Source of the DNA: Paraglomus brasilianum
Taxonomy: Eukaryota
NCBI GenBank assembly: GCA_910592345.1
Contig: CAJVPI010000163.1
Location: forward strand, 1 to 47,569
Length of the DNA: 47,569 nucleotides
Direction of reading: 5' to 3'
Program-made: the position numbers and the translations under genes
Notes under the pieces: generated by a model
Database searches by the model: none
Told to the model about the DNA's origin: nothing
What the model saw: only the letters and a program-made list of their open reading frames with translations
Part shown: piece by piece, positions 1 to 14,050 of the stretch
How positions within the stretch are numbered: position 1 is the stretch's first letter
Layout: each line of letters starts with the position of its first letter

Positions 1-1710
1 GAATTCTTACATCAAAGTATCGGTAGAGAACAAAATAATACAACATTTCCAATAATTGATAACAGATATTAATATTTCATTATTACAAGAGATGAAACCA
101 CCCCAGGGAAGCCGTTCCGCTTTGGTTTAATCCTCAGCAGCCAAACTTACTTCTTTCCGCCTGGGAGAAAGGTCGTTTATAATGAATTTTATATCACTAT
201 TCGTATTCATCATTCTAGTACTCAATTTCCCTCCCAGACATCCACTTGCGAATTATCACTATTTACGATCAAGTGATCAAGTTGGTGTTCGCCGCAGAAT
301 ACATGGGTTCCACCAACTCGTCACTCAAAATACATGGGAGTGAATTTTTGACCAATCAAATAATCCCGTAGTAAATAGCAAAATCGGCTATTTACATCCT
401 GAAACTTATTATAGAAAGTGGAATAAACCTTCCTGATCTAAATTAGAAAATCAACTTTACAAGAATAGTAAAGAGAAATTTTATTGAATGACTGATTGTG
501 GTGCATTACTCTGTCTTTTAATTATTTCAGTTATTAAAATATTAAGAGAAATAAAGTTAATTATATTACCTAATACTTATTATTATAGTTGAATCCAGCA
601 AGACTTTTGTCCGATCAAAAACCCAACAACCTCACGACATCCAAGTTACTTTACTCAATAACTTTGTTGTAACATTAGATAAAAAATACCGCCAGATTGT
701 CTATTGAGATACTGTAATTAAACATGAATGTTCAACGTTCAATGTTCAAAAATCGATAAAGGACTTCTATCAAGAAATGCGACAAAGAAAGAACACGCTT
801 AATAGTAGATAATGCCAAGACAATGAAATTAAATGATATTTCTTTCGCCGAACATAACTGCTCACTTTCAGATATGTTGTGGGGCCTAGAAATTAATATA
901 AACACGAAGTTCCTGACTTTAAATAAACAATATTGATTAGATCGCTTATTTATTATTGGTGTAATATTAAGCACAAAATAATGTAGCTGACGGCATCGTC
1001 CAGCTTTGTTGAAAACCGAGCAATTTTTTCAAGCGAGGGAAACTCGCGAGTCTTTATTTAAACACATGAATGAACACTTCAACGGCTACGGAAAGGCTAC
1101 GTTGCTTAAAGCTTAAATACTGTATTCCATTCGCATACCAATCAGACGACAAGAAATTGTATTTCGACTCGACTTTTGAAGTAATTGAAGCAATTGAAAA
1201 TAATGCTATAAAGAAATCTGACTATTTCCATCTCAATTTACGCACTCTTACTCTTTTTTCATATACGCTTAATACGCCTTAAAAGTCATTAAATTCACGT
1301 GATATCGATAACATCGTCGCCGACTTATCGAGTTCATTATTCAGAGATCTCATCCATAAAGGCTTGCAACTTTCTCGTGTCAAGCGCTAAGTAATAGCGA
1401 AGATGTTAGACAATCAGAAAATATAGTTTCAACTTCGATGAATGTGTATCAGGACTATCGCAACTACTGTTCGACCATTCTTCTTGCATAGTGCTTTTAA
1501 TTGATTGGTTATCAAGGGTTGCTCAAGAACAGTACAGAATGCATTTCAGGAAAACCATGTGAGCTTTGTACGCCTCTACCAGACATCAATGCCTTTTTTG
1601 GCAATTTGTTGCTACGGGTTGTGCGTGGGACTCCGTAGTTCTTGTCACTTTCATTCGTATTGTCTGTCGCTCGCATAAAGGTAAGGGCTACCTCTTACTC
1701 TTTGCAGAAA

Positions 1711-3320
1711 ATGGCCAATTTCGCCCAGAAAGATAATTCTTTATCCTTATCGATACATGATCTCGAAGGCTGTCACAAAAATAAAACATTGCAGTCCGAG
1801 AGGTTCCGGTTAGAGAGCTATTGTGAACAACAGACAAGTCAGCCAAAGGACACACTTTTAAAGCGAAAAAGACGTTTTGCTACTCTAGTTCCGCAACGAA
1901 CAACAGCGGAGTCTTTTTGGGAAATAACAGATAGCAATAACTACACGGTATCACTGAATAACTCACCTGTACTTTGTAACGCATTCTTTCCGCCGGTGGA
2001 CAGTTTTTTCAGTTTGTTTAAGAATAGTTTGTTCTTTTGGCGAACCAAGAAACTTTCGCAAAGGACTGCCCCGACTATGGTGCCGAAGAACGATGCTAAC
2101 TCATTAAGCCTACTGACAACTACAATTAGGTCACTGTCGAGACTTAACACTACAAGCATTACATTCTTCGATTGGAAACCCCACGATTTGAATTTATCAC
2201 AGAAAGGGCCATCACAAGAATCACTAGATTTGGTTGTATCAGATGAAGAAATGGCAAAAGTAGAATTAATTGGCAGAGAGCCTGACACAGAGCCTGTGCT
2301 GGATGAAAACGTTGCTGAACAGGTATTGTGTTTAAAGCTGAAATTTCCAAACCAGTCACGAACGAGTGGCAGCAAGAGACAAGAGAAGGATATAGTTAAA
2401 TTTGAATGCGGATAAAACCCTATTTTACCGTGAATAGTAATTGCTTATGAATTAATGAATGGCTTAAATATTTGATAGAATACTTGACCTTCTCTTTAAT
2501 GTATTCTATTATCTTGGAGAGGGTATGTCTCAAATGGCATAACTGTTCGAGATGTTAATAAGTCATAGTTCTTTTCGTTGAAGATAAGGTCATTGTTTTT
2601 ACTGTGCCACAAATTTTAATCCGATTCCATAGATACGGCAACAACTCCCTCGGATCTCGCGGCTAGCGCCAACGTGGAATCTATTATATAGTCTCGATCA
2701 AGACGGCTCTAGCATGGCTACATTGTATCGCAAAGTAAAAGACAAAGGTCCACTAATACTGGCAATCAAGGACGAAGGAGACCAGGTAAAATAATGTGGA
2801 TGTCCTGGATGTGACTGAAACATGGTCATGCTGCATTTAATGTCTGAGTCTCCATTGCAGGTTTTCGGCGCTTTCGTCACAGATCCATTCAAACCACGTA
2901 CATCTTTTTATGGCACGGGTGAATGGTACGCTTACATATTTGGATTTATGCAATTACATATCATAGCGTTTATTGATTATTCGAATTCGATAGCTTCTTG
3001 TGGAAGTGTATATATGTGGACAAAGAAACACCTACGGTCAGATTCTACCTGTGGAGTGGAAAAAACGAATATTTGATATTTAGCTCCATTGATTATTTGG
3101 CTATTGGTGGGGGGTATGTAAATGAATGGCAGGAATGTTCTTAGAGTTTTCGTTCTAATTGAAGGTTTGTATTAATAGAGACGGACGAACTGGCCTGTGG
3201 ATTGATTCAGGTCTTGAAAGAGGTACCTCTGCTGCATGTGAGACATTTGATAATGAGGTTTTATCCTCAACACCGCAATTTGATTGCTTGGGCCTTGAAA
3301 TATGGGGATTTAAGAATTGA
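1711..3320 (+). CDS. OXR1: Oxidation resistance protein 1-like, TLDc domain; 5 exons (approx. 1711-2322, 2633-2785, 2861-2925, 2994-3114, 3179-3320)
   Basis: Spliced translation gives TLDc motifs: IRQQLPRISRLAPTWNLLYSLDQDGSSMATLY, VFGAFVTDPF..FYGTGECFLWK, WSGKNEYLIFSSIDYLAIGGG, GLWIDSGLERGTSAACETFDNEVLS, LEIWGF*. GT-AG introns keep the frame. The start codon at 1711 is tentative. Confidence 0.88.
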
Positions 3321-3875
3321 AGGAAAATCTGAATAGTTATCGGATGAAGACTTGGTGAAATGTATAAAAGTGTATTATGATAATATAATAGCTGGTGAAT
3401 TTAGTTTGGTAAATCTTGGACATCTCTTGGATGCATATCATCTTTTTTGTATATAATAGATATTGATTTTTTTCGTTCAATATTTGATGCGTTATGTCTT
3501 GGTGTGTTCCGTCATGTTTTTACTGGTGTAACGAACGTGGTATTGTTGTTATTCGATTAGACTCTTCCGTGTATGTACGTCGTTGGTTGATGTACTACAT
3601 TGGGCCAATCCGGAGATCTCGGAGGGTGAGGGTCAAATGTGGGGACGCTGTGTGCTTTGTTGGGCTTAATGTTACAATTAGTCTTCTATCGTATCTACAA
3701 CTAATTTACTCTTGTTCTCTGACGCTAAACACCATTTACCTCACTCTCCTTTCACTCTCCAACGTTATATACTGTTTACTTAATGCATATAATCTCGCTT
3801 TGAGCTGTATACATTTCCGATTTTTAAATATACCACCTACCATCCTTATTTAATACTATATACCTTATTAGCACA

Positions 3876-5719
3876 ATGGGCGTCTGTTTGTCTGCGGAAG
3901 AGAAAGCAGCTCGGACACGCAGTTACCAAATTGATAGGCAAATCGAAGAGGATAGCCGGCGATTCAAGAAAGAGTGCAAAATTCTTCTGCTAGGTGAGAA
4001 TCTCGTTCTGAGAGTATTGGCATGCGGACGCTACAATCAAGTGATGAATTGGGAATGGATGGGTTAACAATAGCATATATATGTCTTGCATAGGCTCAGG
4101 AGAATCGGGAAAGTCGACAATCGTTAAGCAAATGAAAATTATACACCAGAATGGCTATACACAAGAAGAACTTCTACTTTACAGGATAACAGTTTATAAG
4201 AACCTGATAGATTGTGCACAGGATATCACAAAAGCCCTTCGGAAGTTTCGGCTGGAGCCTAAAAACCCAATGAACAAAGTCCGTAGCAATCATTTAATAA
4301 TCATATTGCCGATTTATGAGTAAAAACGTATGCTGAACTATTGTTATTCATATTTTTTAGACTAATATCCAGAGTATTTTAGAATATCAAGTTGAATCTG
4401 ACCCTCACTTTCAGCTGAGTCCCGAAATAGTAGAAGCTATCCACTCCATATGGCAAGACCTTATAATACCCGAAGTTCTTGAAAAGCAAAGTCAATTTTA
4501 TTTAATGGATTCAGCGCCATAGTGGGTATAATAATGGCTATTAATGTATTATATGCAAGGGATTATTCCGATTTAAAGTGTTAACATTTTGTGCAGTTTT
4601 TTTGAGGAAGTACGGCGAATTGGCAGTTCTAATTATATCCCGAATGAGGCTGATGTCTTAAGAGCGCGTACAAAGACTACAGGAATAACAGAGACAAGAT
4701 TCAATATGGGACAGCTGAGCATACAGTACGTTATCAAATGGGAACACATTAAAGTTATTTAAATTATATAGCTATTACTTATTTTTTACTTTCATGATGC
4801 GATTAGCATGTTCGATGTCGGAGGTCAGCGTTCTGAAAGGAAGAAGTGGATCCATTGTTTTGAAGCAGTAACATCCATTATCTTCTGTGTAGCACTCAGC
4901 GAATATGATCAAGTATTGCTGGAAGAATCTAACCAGGTACTTCAGGAGGTCTTTGCGTGAGATACATCGTAGTGGCTTCTTTTCGTATTTTTTTCTTATA
5001 CACTCTCGAATTGCCTCTGTTATTCATCCGATTGTGCATTCGTACTGGCAGAATCGAATGGCAGAGAGTTTAGTACTATTTGAGTCAGTAATAAATAGTC
5101 GATGGTTTCTGCGAACATCAATTATATTGTTTCTCAATAAGATTGACTTGTTCCGAGCGAAGCTACCAAGAGTACCACTGGAGAACTATTTCCCAGAATA
5201 TTCTGGTAAGTGCAGGTAACGCTATTGGTTTTATATAACGGTTTAATTCGATTGTATTCACTAAAATAATATGTAGGCGGGCCAGATATTAATAAAGCTG
5301 CTAAGTACATACTATGGCGATTTACACAAACTAACAGGGCGAGACTTAATATATACCCACAGTAAGTGCATTTACAGATGCGTATACAGTGATTACCGAC
5401 TAAGTTTCTGTCATGCTAATTGGCATCCTCGTGTCTGTCATCGATTTTAGTCTCACACAGGCAACGGATACATCTAATGTAAGTAAAGGCAAACTATTCA
5501 AATGGGAGCGTGCTATCTGTTAACTATTCATACTCACGATTATAATTTCATATTCTTATCATACACATATTCATAGATACGGTAAGTATTTCTTGACGAG
5601 CTTTTTTTACAGTGGTAGGATTGGTGTTTATTTATTACTTTCTGCCCGATAGGCTCGTCTTTGCGGCTGTTAAGGAAACCATCTTACAGAATGCGTTAAG
5701 AGATAGCGGTATCCTGTAG
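3876..5719 (+). CDS. Heterotrimeric G-protein alpha subunit, fungal group III (Gpa3/GNA-3-like, adenylyl-cyclase pathway); multi-exon
   Basis: MGVCLS N-terminus (myristoylation/palmitoylation pattern), [13 protein letters not shown]-loop, [31 protein letters not shown] and TQATDT motifs, and C-terminus [15 protein letters not shown] typical of group III. Confidence 0.95.
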
Positions 5720-6172
5720 CCGGCCCGTTGCTTGCTCATGGAATAGTTTTAATTGTTCATTCTTTTTTGTTTCTTTTGTTGTAATATGATATTTTTGTAT
5801 ATTTCATGTCCGTAATATGATGGGATACTTTCGTAATAAACGTTTCTACTACAGATGAGCTGGATAGGTTTTTATCGACTAATTAAAGATTTCGCGGTTT
5901 TTACGAAAACGCAGATATCAGATAGCTTCACTATAGTTGTATAATGTAGTTATTTAATATAATTAAACTTCGACATTTCATATTCAATTTTATTAACTGT
6001 TGTGACACCATCTCCCAATTGGGTATCTCGTGGTAATTACTGCTGGGTCTTGCAGTCCGATACACAAAACTAACTTTCCGTATTCAGGGGGTATATACAA
6101 ACATAATTGTTCCTCTTTACAGCCTTCTATGTCCCCTCCCGCCTATCTTTTCTCTCGATTAAGACATAGATT

Positions 6173-9100
6173 ATGGCATCGCACCCTTTAGAAATATATG
6201 TAAAAGGAACTAAAGTTTGGCTAACAGATGACAAAGACGGCTGGGTTAGTGGGGAGCTGGTAACGAAAGAAGTAAATGGCGAGAAAGTCAAATTAACTTT
6301 CAAAACTGAAAGAGGCAAGGTTGTATCTCATCCCAATCAACTCATTCATCATATCATGTGATATATTAAGCGAAACGTAAAGCGTATGCACACAGAAAGA
6401 CTCTCTTCCAGTACACGGCTTAATCCCCTGCTGATTCACGATATAGATATTTACAAAAGATATGAGTACTAATTAAAGAATTGATTGTATTTCTGTCACA
6501 GGAGGTTGATATTAATACTACTACGACCGATGCTAAGCTTCCTCCACTACGTAACCCTCCTATGCTGGAGGCAGTAGACGACTTGACGAGTCTCAGTTAT
6601 CTCAATGAACCGGCAGGTTTGTAACTCGAATATCATACGTGATCACGTGTATTTGTAAAAATCCACATACTGATCCCCTTGCCACTACATAGTTCTCCAT
6701 ACAATTAGAACCAGATATTATCAACGCACTATTTATACATACTCCGGAATTGTTCTTATTGCTACTAATCCATTTCAGCCAGTATCACTTTACTCGCAAG
6801 ATGTCATTCAGGCATACTCTGGAAAAAGACCCGGAGAGTTGGAGCCTCATGTATTCGCGATTGCCGAAGATGCCTATCGCTGTATGATTCGTGATCAAGA
6901 GAATCAGACAATCGTTGTATCAGGCGAGAGGTAAGCTTGTTATGATTGGCTGCTGTACTCTCATATTAATTTATGGTCGGTAATTATGTGGTTATTGTAG
7001 TGGTGCTGGTAAAACACAGAGCGCAAAGTATATCATGCGGTACTTTGCTTCTGTAGATGACAAAGAGAGACCGATTCGGAAGAAAGTTGCCAACAGTGGA
7101 TCAGGCATGAGCGAAGTGGAGGAGCAGATTCTCGGTAAGGATTCTAAATAATACACAGTATCCATGAACGTGATTTACTAATAAACAAAGTTACATTCAG
7201 CTACCAATCCCATTATGGAATCATTTGGTAATGCTAAAACCACAAGAAACGACAACAGTTCTCGATTTGGCAAATATCTTGAAGTCAGTTTTCAATCTCT
7301 ATTGACAACCATAAATTGTCCAATTTATCGCGAATACATATTTATTTGATTTTGTTTTTATCAGATACAATTCGACAGTTCTACGAATATTATCGGTGCT
7401 AAAATTAGGACATACTTACTGGAGCGATCAAGATTAGTCTATCAGCCTGAAGCGGAAAGAAATTATCATATTTTTTATCAGGTGCGCCATGTTATTATAT
7501 CTGTAGCTGGAAACTGACCATTCTTCGTTTAGTAAATTGCATCGCTTATTTTGCGTTCGTTGATATATTTAGCTCTGTGCTGGGGCACCTCCGTCTGAGA
7601 AGAAAAACCTTGATCTTGGCGACCATACACAATTTCATTATCTCCGCCAAGGTGGTCAAGGAGTAATACAGGGTGTTAATGACAAAGAAGAATTCGGAAT
7701 CACTCAGAAAGCGCTATCAATAGTCGGTATAACTATTGAGACACAATGGCAGATATTCAAACTCTGTGCTGCTCTCTTGCATATTGGAAATATACACATA
7801 ACTTCTCTGAGAGATAAATCAATGGTCTCAGAATCCGATTCGGCTTTAATTACAGCTACGAAATTGCTGGGTATAAATAGATCAGAATTCGCTAAATGGA
7901 TTGTCAAGAAACAAATATCTACTCGTAATGAGAAAATTGTTACGGATTTAAATGCGCAGCAGGCCACAGTAGTTAGAGATTCAGTTGCCAAGTATATATA
8001 CGCCAACTTATTTGATTGGTTGGTGAACGTTGTCAATGAGAGTTTGTCTGGTGAAGAAGTTGCCAAGAATCTTAGTACCTTTATTGGTGTGCTTGATATA
8101 TACGGATTTGAGCATTTCAAGAAAAACTCTTTTGAACAGTTCTGTATTAACTATGCTAATGAGAAATTACAACAGCAGGTGAGTCCTTAACTTCTGGGAA
8201 AATCGTTTCATTTATGTTGTATCTGTCGTTTCTAATCGGCATGTTATTGTTTGTTAGTTTAATCAACATGTCTTCAAATTAGAACAAGAGGTAGGTTATC
8301 ACAGACTGCATTCCTGGTTAAACGTATTTGTTTTATGTATACCATCTAATAATATTCAACCGAAATTAGGATTACGTTCGCGAGCAAATTAATTGGACGT
8401 TCATCGAGTTCAGTGACAATCAGCCTTGTATCGATATGATTGAAGGAAAGATAGGAATACTTTCTCTTTTAGATGAGGTATGTCCATGCCTTCATTAAAG
8501 TCATACGTCATCTACTAGATGAGAACTAAACGATCAACATAAACAATTTAGGACAGTCGTATGCCGGGTGGGACTGACGCTGGCTGGTGTACGAAGCTGT
8601 ACCAGAACTTTAACACACCCCAGTACAAAAAGTACTTCCAAAAACCACGGTTTTCCAACAGTGCATTTACCGTTAGTCACTACGCTCATGATGTTACATA
8701 TGATGTTGAGGGTTTCCTAGAGAAGAACAGAGATACTGTTCCTGACGAGCATCTTAATCTGTTAAAAAGTACTGAGTTTGATTTTCTCGAAGATGTGCTT
8801 ACTAAAGGATCTGCTGTTTTAGCGCCCGCAGCTAAGGTATTTAGTATCCACAGGATAATAATAAGTTGTTAAAAAAACGTTAAGCCCTTGTTTACATTTC
8901 ATTCTTCATTTTTTTAAAGCCAGCTGATGGTAAAAGATCAAGTGTCATTTCGAAAAAGCCTACACTAGGGACAATATTCAAGGTAGGGTAAACGATGTTC
9001 TAACCGCCTTTATTCACTGCCAGAATTTTGAAAATAACCAGAGTATCACTAAAATTTATATTAATGTCAATTGTGTAGGCATCTTTGATAAGTCTTATGG

Positions 9101-12100
9101 AAACTATTAGTTCTACTAATGTTCATTATATTAGATGCATAAAACCAAATGAAGCAAAGGTTGCTTGGGAGTTCGAACCCCAGATGGTTCTCTCTCAACT
9201 ACGCGCTTGTGGTGTATTGGAAACCATTAGGATCAGCTGTGCCGGCTACCCATCCAGACTAACGTTCGATGAATTGGTTCAAAGGTTTATATTAGAAAAT
9301 GCCGACTTGCCTCTTATATACAACTTTGTTGATAAATTCTTTAATTGACAGATATTACATGCTCATCCATTCTGACAAGTGGAGCTTAGAAACGCGCAAG
9401 TTTTGTTCTATGATACTTGATTCTTCAATTAAAGAACAGGACAAGTACCAGATGGGTATCACAAAAATATTCTTTCGTGCTGGAATTGTGAGTAGTTCGA
9501 TTTAGCAAGTTGTAACAGTCGTGCGAAAACTAATAATCATGCCTCTTGTTCGTCTATAGGTGGCATTTTTGGAGAAACTTCGTCAAGACAGACTTAATGA
9601 GTGTGTTACCCTAATGCAGAAGAACATGCTTAGACATATGCATCAAAAGAGATATCGAGCCCTGTTGTCGGCAATTGTAAAAACTCAAGCGCTTTGTCGC
9701 AAACGACTAGCTATGAAAGAGCGCGAGCGTCTTCGCCGCGAGAAAGGAGCTATTACAATTCAGAAAAATTGGAGATCACATAAGCAACGTCAACGTTACA
9801 TTTCCACTAAATCGGTCATTCTTAAGATGCAGACAGGTACGCATAGGGGTTTTCCAAACTATTATTATGACAATAGGCTTTCAACTAATTAACCTTAATG
9901 CAATAGTCGGTCGTGGTGCGTTGGCCAGACGGAAGTATGAAGCTTTGCGTAGAGAAGCTGCCGCCATTAAGATCCAGAAAGTCTATCGCGGCTGGTAACT
10001 AAAAAGTCTAATTTTTTGCATTTGCGAATGATAGGTTATTAATTTATTCTGAATTCTATTACAGTGTCGCTCGTCGTCAATATAAAGATACACTCAAGCA
10101 TATTATTTACATTCAGTCATGTCTTCGTCGACGCATGGCACGTGCTGAGCTTAAGAAGTTAAAGATAGAAGCACGTTCTGCCACCCATTACAAGGAGATC
10201 TCTTATAGATTGGAGAATAAGGTGATTGAACTAACACAGTCCCTTGAGCAAAAGATAAAGGAGAATAAAACTCTCGAAACGAGAAATTCCAATTTGGAAG
10301 CCCAAGCTCGAACTTGGGCCGATAGAAAAGAGAAACTTGAACTTGAAAACAAAGCGCTCAAGCGAGAGACTGAGATGGCTACGGTATCTATCAGTGGGTT
10401 TAAGACGCTCCAAGAGGAGAACCAAACAATTGAGGCCCGCTATCGAACTTCCTTGGAGAAAATCAAGTCACAGGACACACAAATCGAGAACCTTACCAAC
10501 GACCTGAATAAGAAAGACGATGAAGTTGCCAAATTACGTGCAACTGTTACTAAATATAAGGGCACAGAGGATCCTGCAACTGTCCTGGCTCTAAAACAAG
10601 AAATTGCCGCTCTTCGAGAACAGTTAACAAAACTTAAGACTGCTAGAGGGACGTCACCGCCTCCTCCACAACAAAGACTTGAGAATGGCTTCTTGACTGC
10701 TGCCAGCACATCTTTGAAACCTCCGTCTACAAAGCGGCGTGGACGAAGGCACAGTTCTGCAGAATCTTGGGGACCTAACGAGATTGCAAAGCAAAAGCCC
10801 AAAACGTCATTGGATTTAGCAACCGCGGAAGCCAAGAAGGGAGGTTTAAGACCCGTATCAGTATCATACATGCAGCCTGTTCCAAAACTTCGTTCTGGAG
10901 GACGTATTCATTTGCCTGGCACCGAGGAACCTGAAGAAGAGGTTAGTTATATGAGATCCAAATAGTCTTACGCGTTCTGGATTACTGACGAGACTTTATT
11001 ATCCAGGTTATGAAATTACTCGAGGACGAAGACACCCTCGATGAGGAAGTCATTAATGGACTAATAACATTACTAAAAATACCATTGCCAAGCTTGCAAA
11101 ATCCTCCGCATAGAAAAGAAATATTATTCCCAGCCCGTTTGATTAGTCTCTTGGCGCAGCAAATGTGGAAATTCGGTTTCATTAAGGAGTCCGAGAGATT
11201 GTTTGCCAATGTCATGAAAACGATTCAAAGCCATGTTATGGTAGGCGGGAGTTTGGTTGTTCAATTCAATGTTAGGAGGAACAATCGTTAAATAATTTCT
11301 AACCATTTTATTATCAAATCACTTTCGAATTTTTAAATAACAGGATACGCAGGGTGAGGATGCCATTTTACCAGGAGCATATTGGTTGTCCAACGTCCAC
11401 GAGCTGTTATCATTCGCAACAGCTGCCGAAAATGATATGCTTGCTGGAGTGAACCCCGCTGCAGACTCTCATGGAAGGGTCTTTGAATGGCACGATTATG
11501 AGAGACTGGTTTCAATAGTAAAGCATGACTTGGAGAGCTTGGAATACAATATTTATCACACTTGGATGAAGGAACTGAAGAAGCGACTATATAAGATGGT
11601 TATACCCGCTGTTGTTGAAAGCCAGTCTTTGCCTGGATTCATCACGACAGAGGGACGATTGTTTACCAAATTTATCGGAGGACAGACCAGTCCAGCATTC
11701 AGTATGGATGATTTGTTAAACTTCCTTAACAAAGTCTGGAAGGCAATGAAGTCTTACTATGTTGAGATGACTGTCATTCAACAAGTTGTCACAGAGCTAT
11801 TGAAACTGATTGGTGTGACTTCGTTTAACGACTTGCTAATGAGGTAAGACAATAGTAATTGATTGAATTCTATAACAGTACGTCCTTTTTTTAAAAAAAA
11901 AAATGTTTGCCTTTTCTGTAAACGCAGACGTAACTTCTGCTCATGGAAGCGAGGTGAGTTTTATGCAAGTGCTTTTTGTTAGTATATGCATAAGTTAACG
12001 CTAATATCCTATATTGAAGCAATGCAAATCCAGTATAATATGACACGAATCGAAGAATGGTGTAAGAGTCATGAAATGCCAGAAGGAACATTACAGTTGG

Positions 12101-12699
12101 AGCATCTAATGCAAGCTACGAAATTATTACAGCTTAAGAAGGTAAATCACGTATTCGTGCATGCAAATACTTGTTTCGTTTATTAACCTAATGTTGTTGT
12201 TTTTTTAATTACTGTGAAATTAGGCATCGCTAAGCGATATTGAGATAATTTACGATGTCTGCTGGATATTGACTCCAACTCAAATCCAAAAGCTTATCAG
12301 TCATTATTTTGTTGCCGACTATGAGGTATGTGATTTAGAGTAAATGGTTGTCTTTCAAATCAATACGATTAATACTAAATTATCTTTATATAATTTAACA
12401 GAATCCAATCAGTCCTGAAATTTTAAAAGCTGTTGCAAGCCGGGTTGTTGCCAATGATAAAAACGATATCCTACTTCTCGACACTACACCACTGGAAGAC
12501 TCAGGACCATTTGAAGTTCCGGCACCTAGGCAGGCCGTAGTACCCGAAAATTATATGCCAGCTTGGTGAGTACCGGTTCAAGATCCTGTTGATAAGTATA
12601 ATTACCACTCTTTGCCTCTAATTATTATTGCATTCTCGTAATCATAGGTTAAACTTACCACACGTAAAGAGAATCAGCGCATTAGCAATACGCCAATAA
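6173..12699 (+). CDS. MYO2: Class V myosin (motor, IQ repeats, coiled coil, DIL cargo-binding tail); many exons
   Basis: [35 protein letters not shown]-loop, [77 protein letters not shown] motifs, and DIL region [22 protein letters not shown]...[18 protein letters not shown] at 12697-12699. Confidence 0.96.
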
Positions 12700-14050
12700 T
12701 ACTATTATTTTACGTCCTGAAAATCAACAGTCGATGTTTGCAAGAGCCACCAGGTTGAGCTTGGTTGGTGATTAGGGATAATCGATGCATTTGAGATATT
12801 TTTTTGTAAATTAATCTAAATTATTGTACCTTTCAACTAGTCGCATGAGTTTGACGATATTCGCCAAATTCTTCATTCTTGAGATCGTGCGCATACGAAC
12901 AAAATTATTAATAAGTTGTATTAAAAATTTTCTTGAGAAAAAATAAAAATGGTTGGGGGGGCATTACTGCTTCATTGTGTCCTTATTAATAACTCATCAC
13001 ATAGATTTCCGATACAATGAGACTTCTTGACGGACCTTCTTCTGACGGAATAGTTTGTTTTTATTTGACTAAAGATTAATTTTTACTTTTTTGAGTAAAT
13101 TAACAATTTTTTGGACATAGTCAGTTCCTTGCTAATTAAATTTTCTTGCAGCAAACCACGACATATACAACACGCTTTAAGATTATTCCAGCCAATTGTG
13201 ACAATTCTAGTAGTTTTGAGCTTATGCAATTGAATTTACCGCTTCAATGGAATAATTGTTAACCTCTGATTGATAGAAATTTTAGTTATTCAGTGTCTTA
13301 TAAGACAGCGCTCATAACAAAGAATGCAAGTATCCTATGAGTTACAGAACTGGTTTGCATTGAGGATATACAGTTTATTGGATGTGTCGGAGCTTCTTTT
13401 TTTTTCTTCGCCCGCAGACTTCTACTTTTAATGGCACAGGGCTAGAATGTACAAGTCTTGGGGAAAGCAGCTATGAGAATGTGACTTTGTGCACAGACTA
13501 CTGGGATGCTGACTAACCAATCCAGAATTTGGACATCTAAAATAAATGACTCACAGTAGACATTGATAAAGTATAATCTGATAGATGTCATTAAGCTCAG
13601 AGGGTGCCAACTTTTTCTACCAAGTCATGTATACGTCTCCGTACATATACATTCTTCATAGATATTAGTTTTCTTCGCACATAGTAGACATCAATGAAAC
13701 AAATATAACATAGCCATCTGGAATCCAAACAAGAATATTTCTCCATTCTGAAATTGCAATTCACCAGTTATCCCGTACTACATGCAGATCACGGTAATAG
13801 CCGGCGGAGAAATACGCGCGATTGTTTCTTTTTACAAAAAGTAACAGCTGCTCCATCCACAAACTTTTAAAACAAGTCTTTGCATTTGGGGCTGCTTTTC
13901 GCTGCAAGTCAATAATGATAAAATCTTCAAGTTTGTCAGTAAATCCGTTTCGTATGATATATAATTCGTTGACGATTCAGCCAATCAAATCTATCGACGC
14001 CATCATTAAAACCTCCGACGGGACACGGTATGTTATTGATATCACCTAAG

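Noticed and set aside
3494..3853. 119-aa hydrophobic ORF between OXR1 and G-alpha
   Set aside because: Occupies the G-alpha promoter/5' UTR, composition reflects T-rich non-coding DNA, and no motif was recognised.
7704..10871. Long minus-strand ORFs within the myosin locus (138 and 143 aa)
   Set aside because: Antisense to well-conserved myosin exons with no independent motifs.
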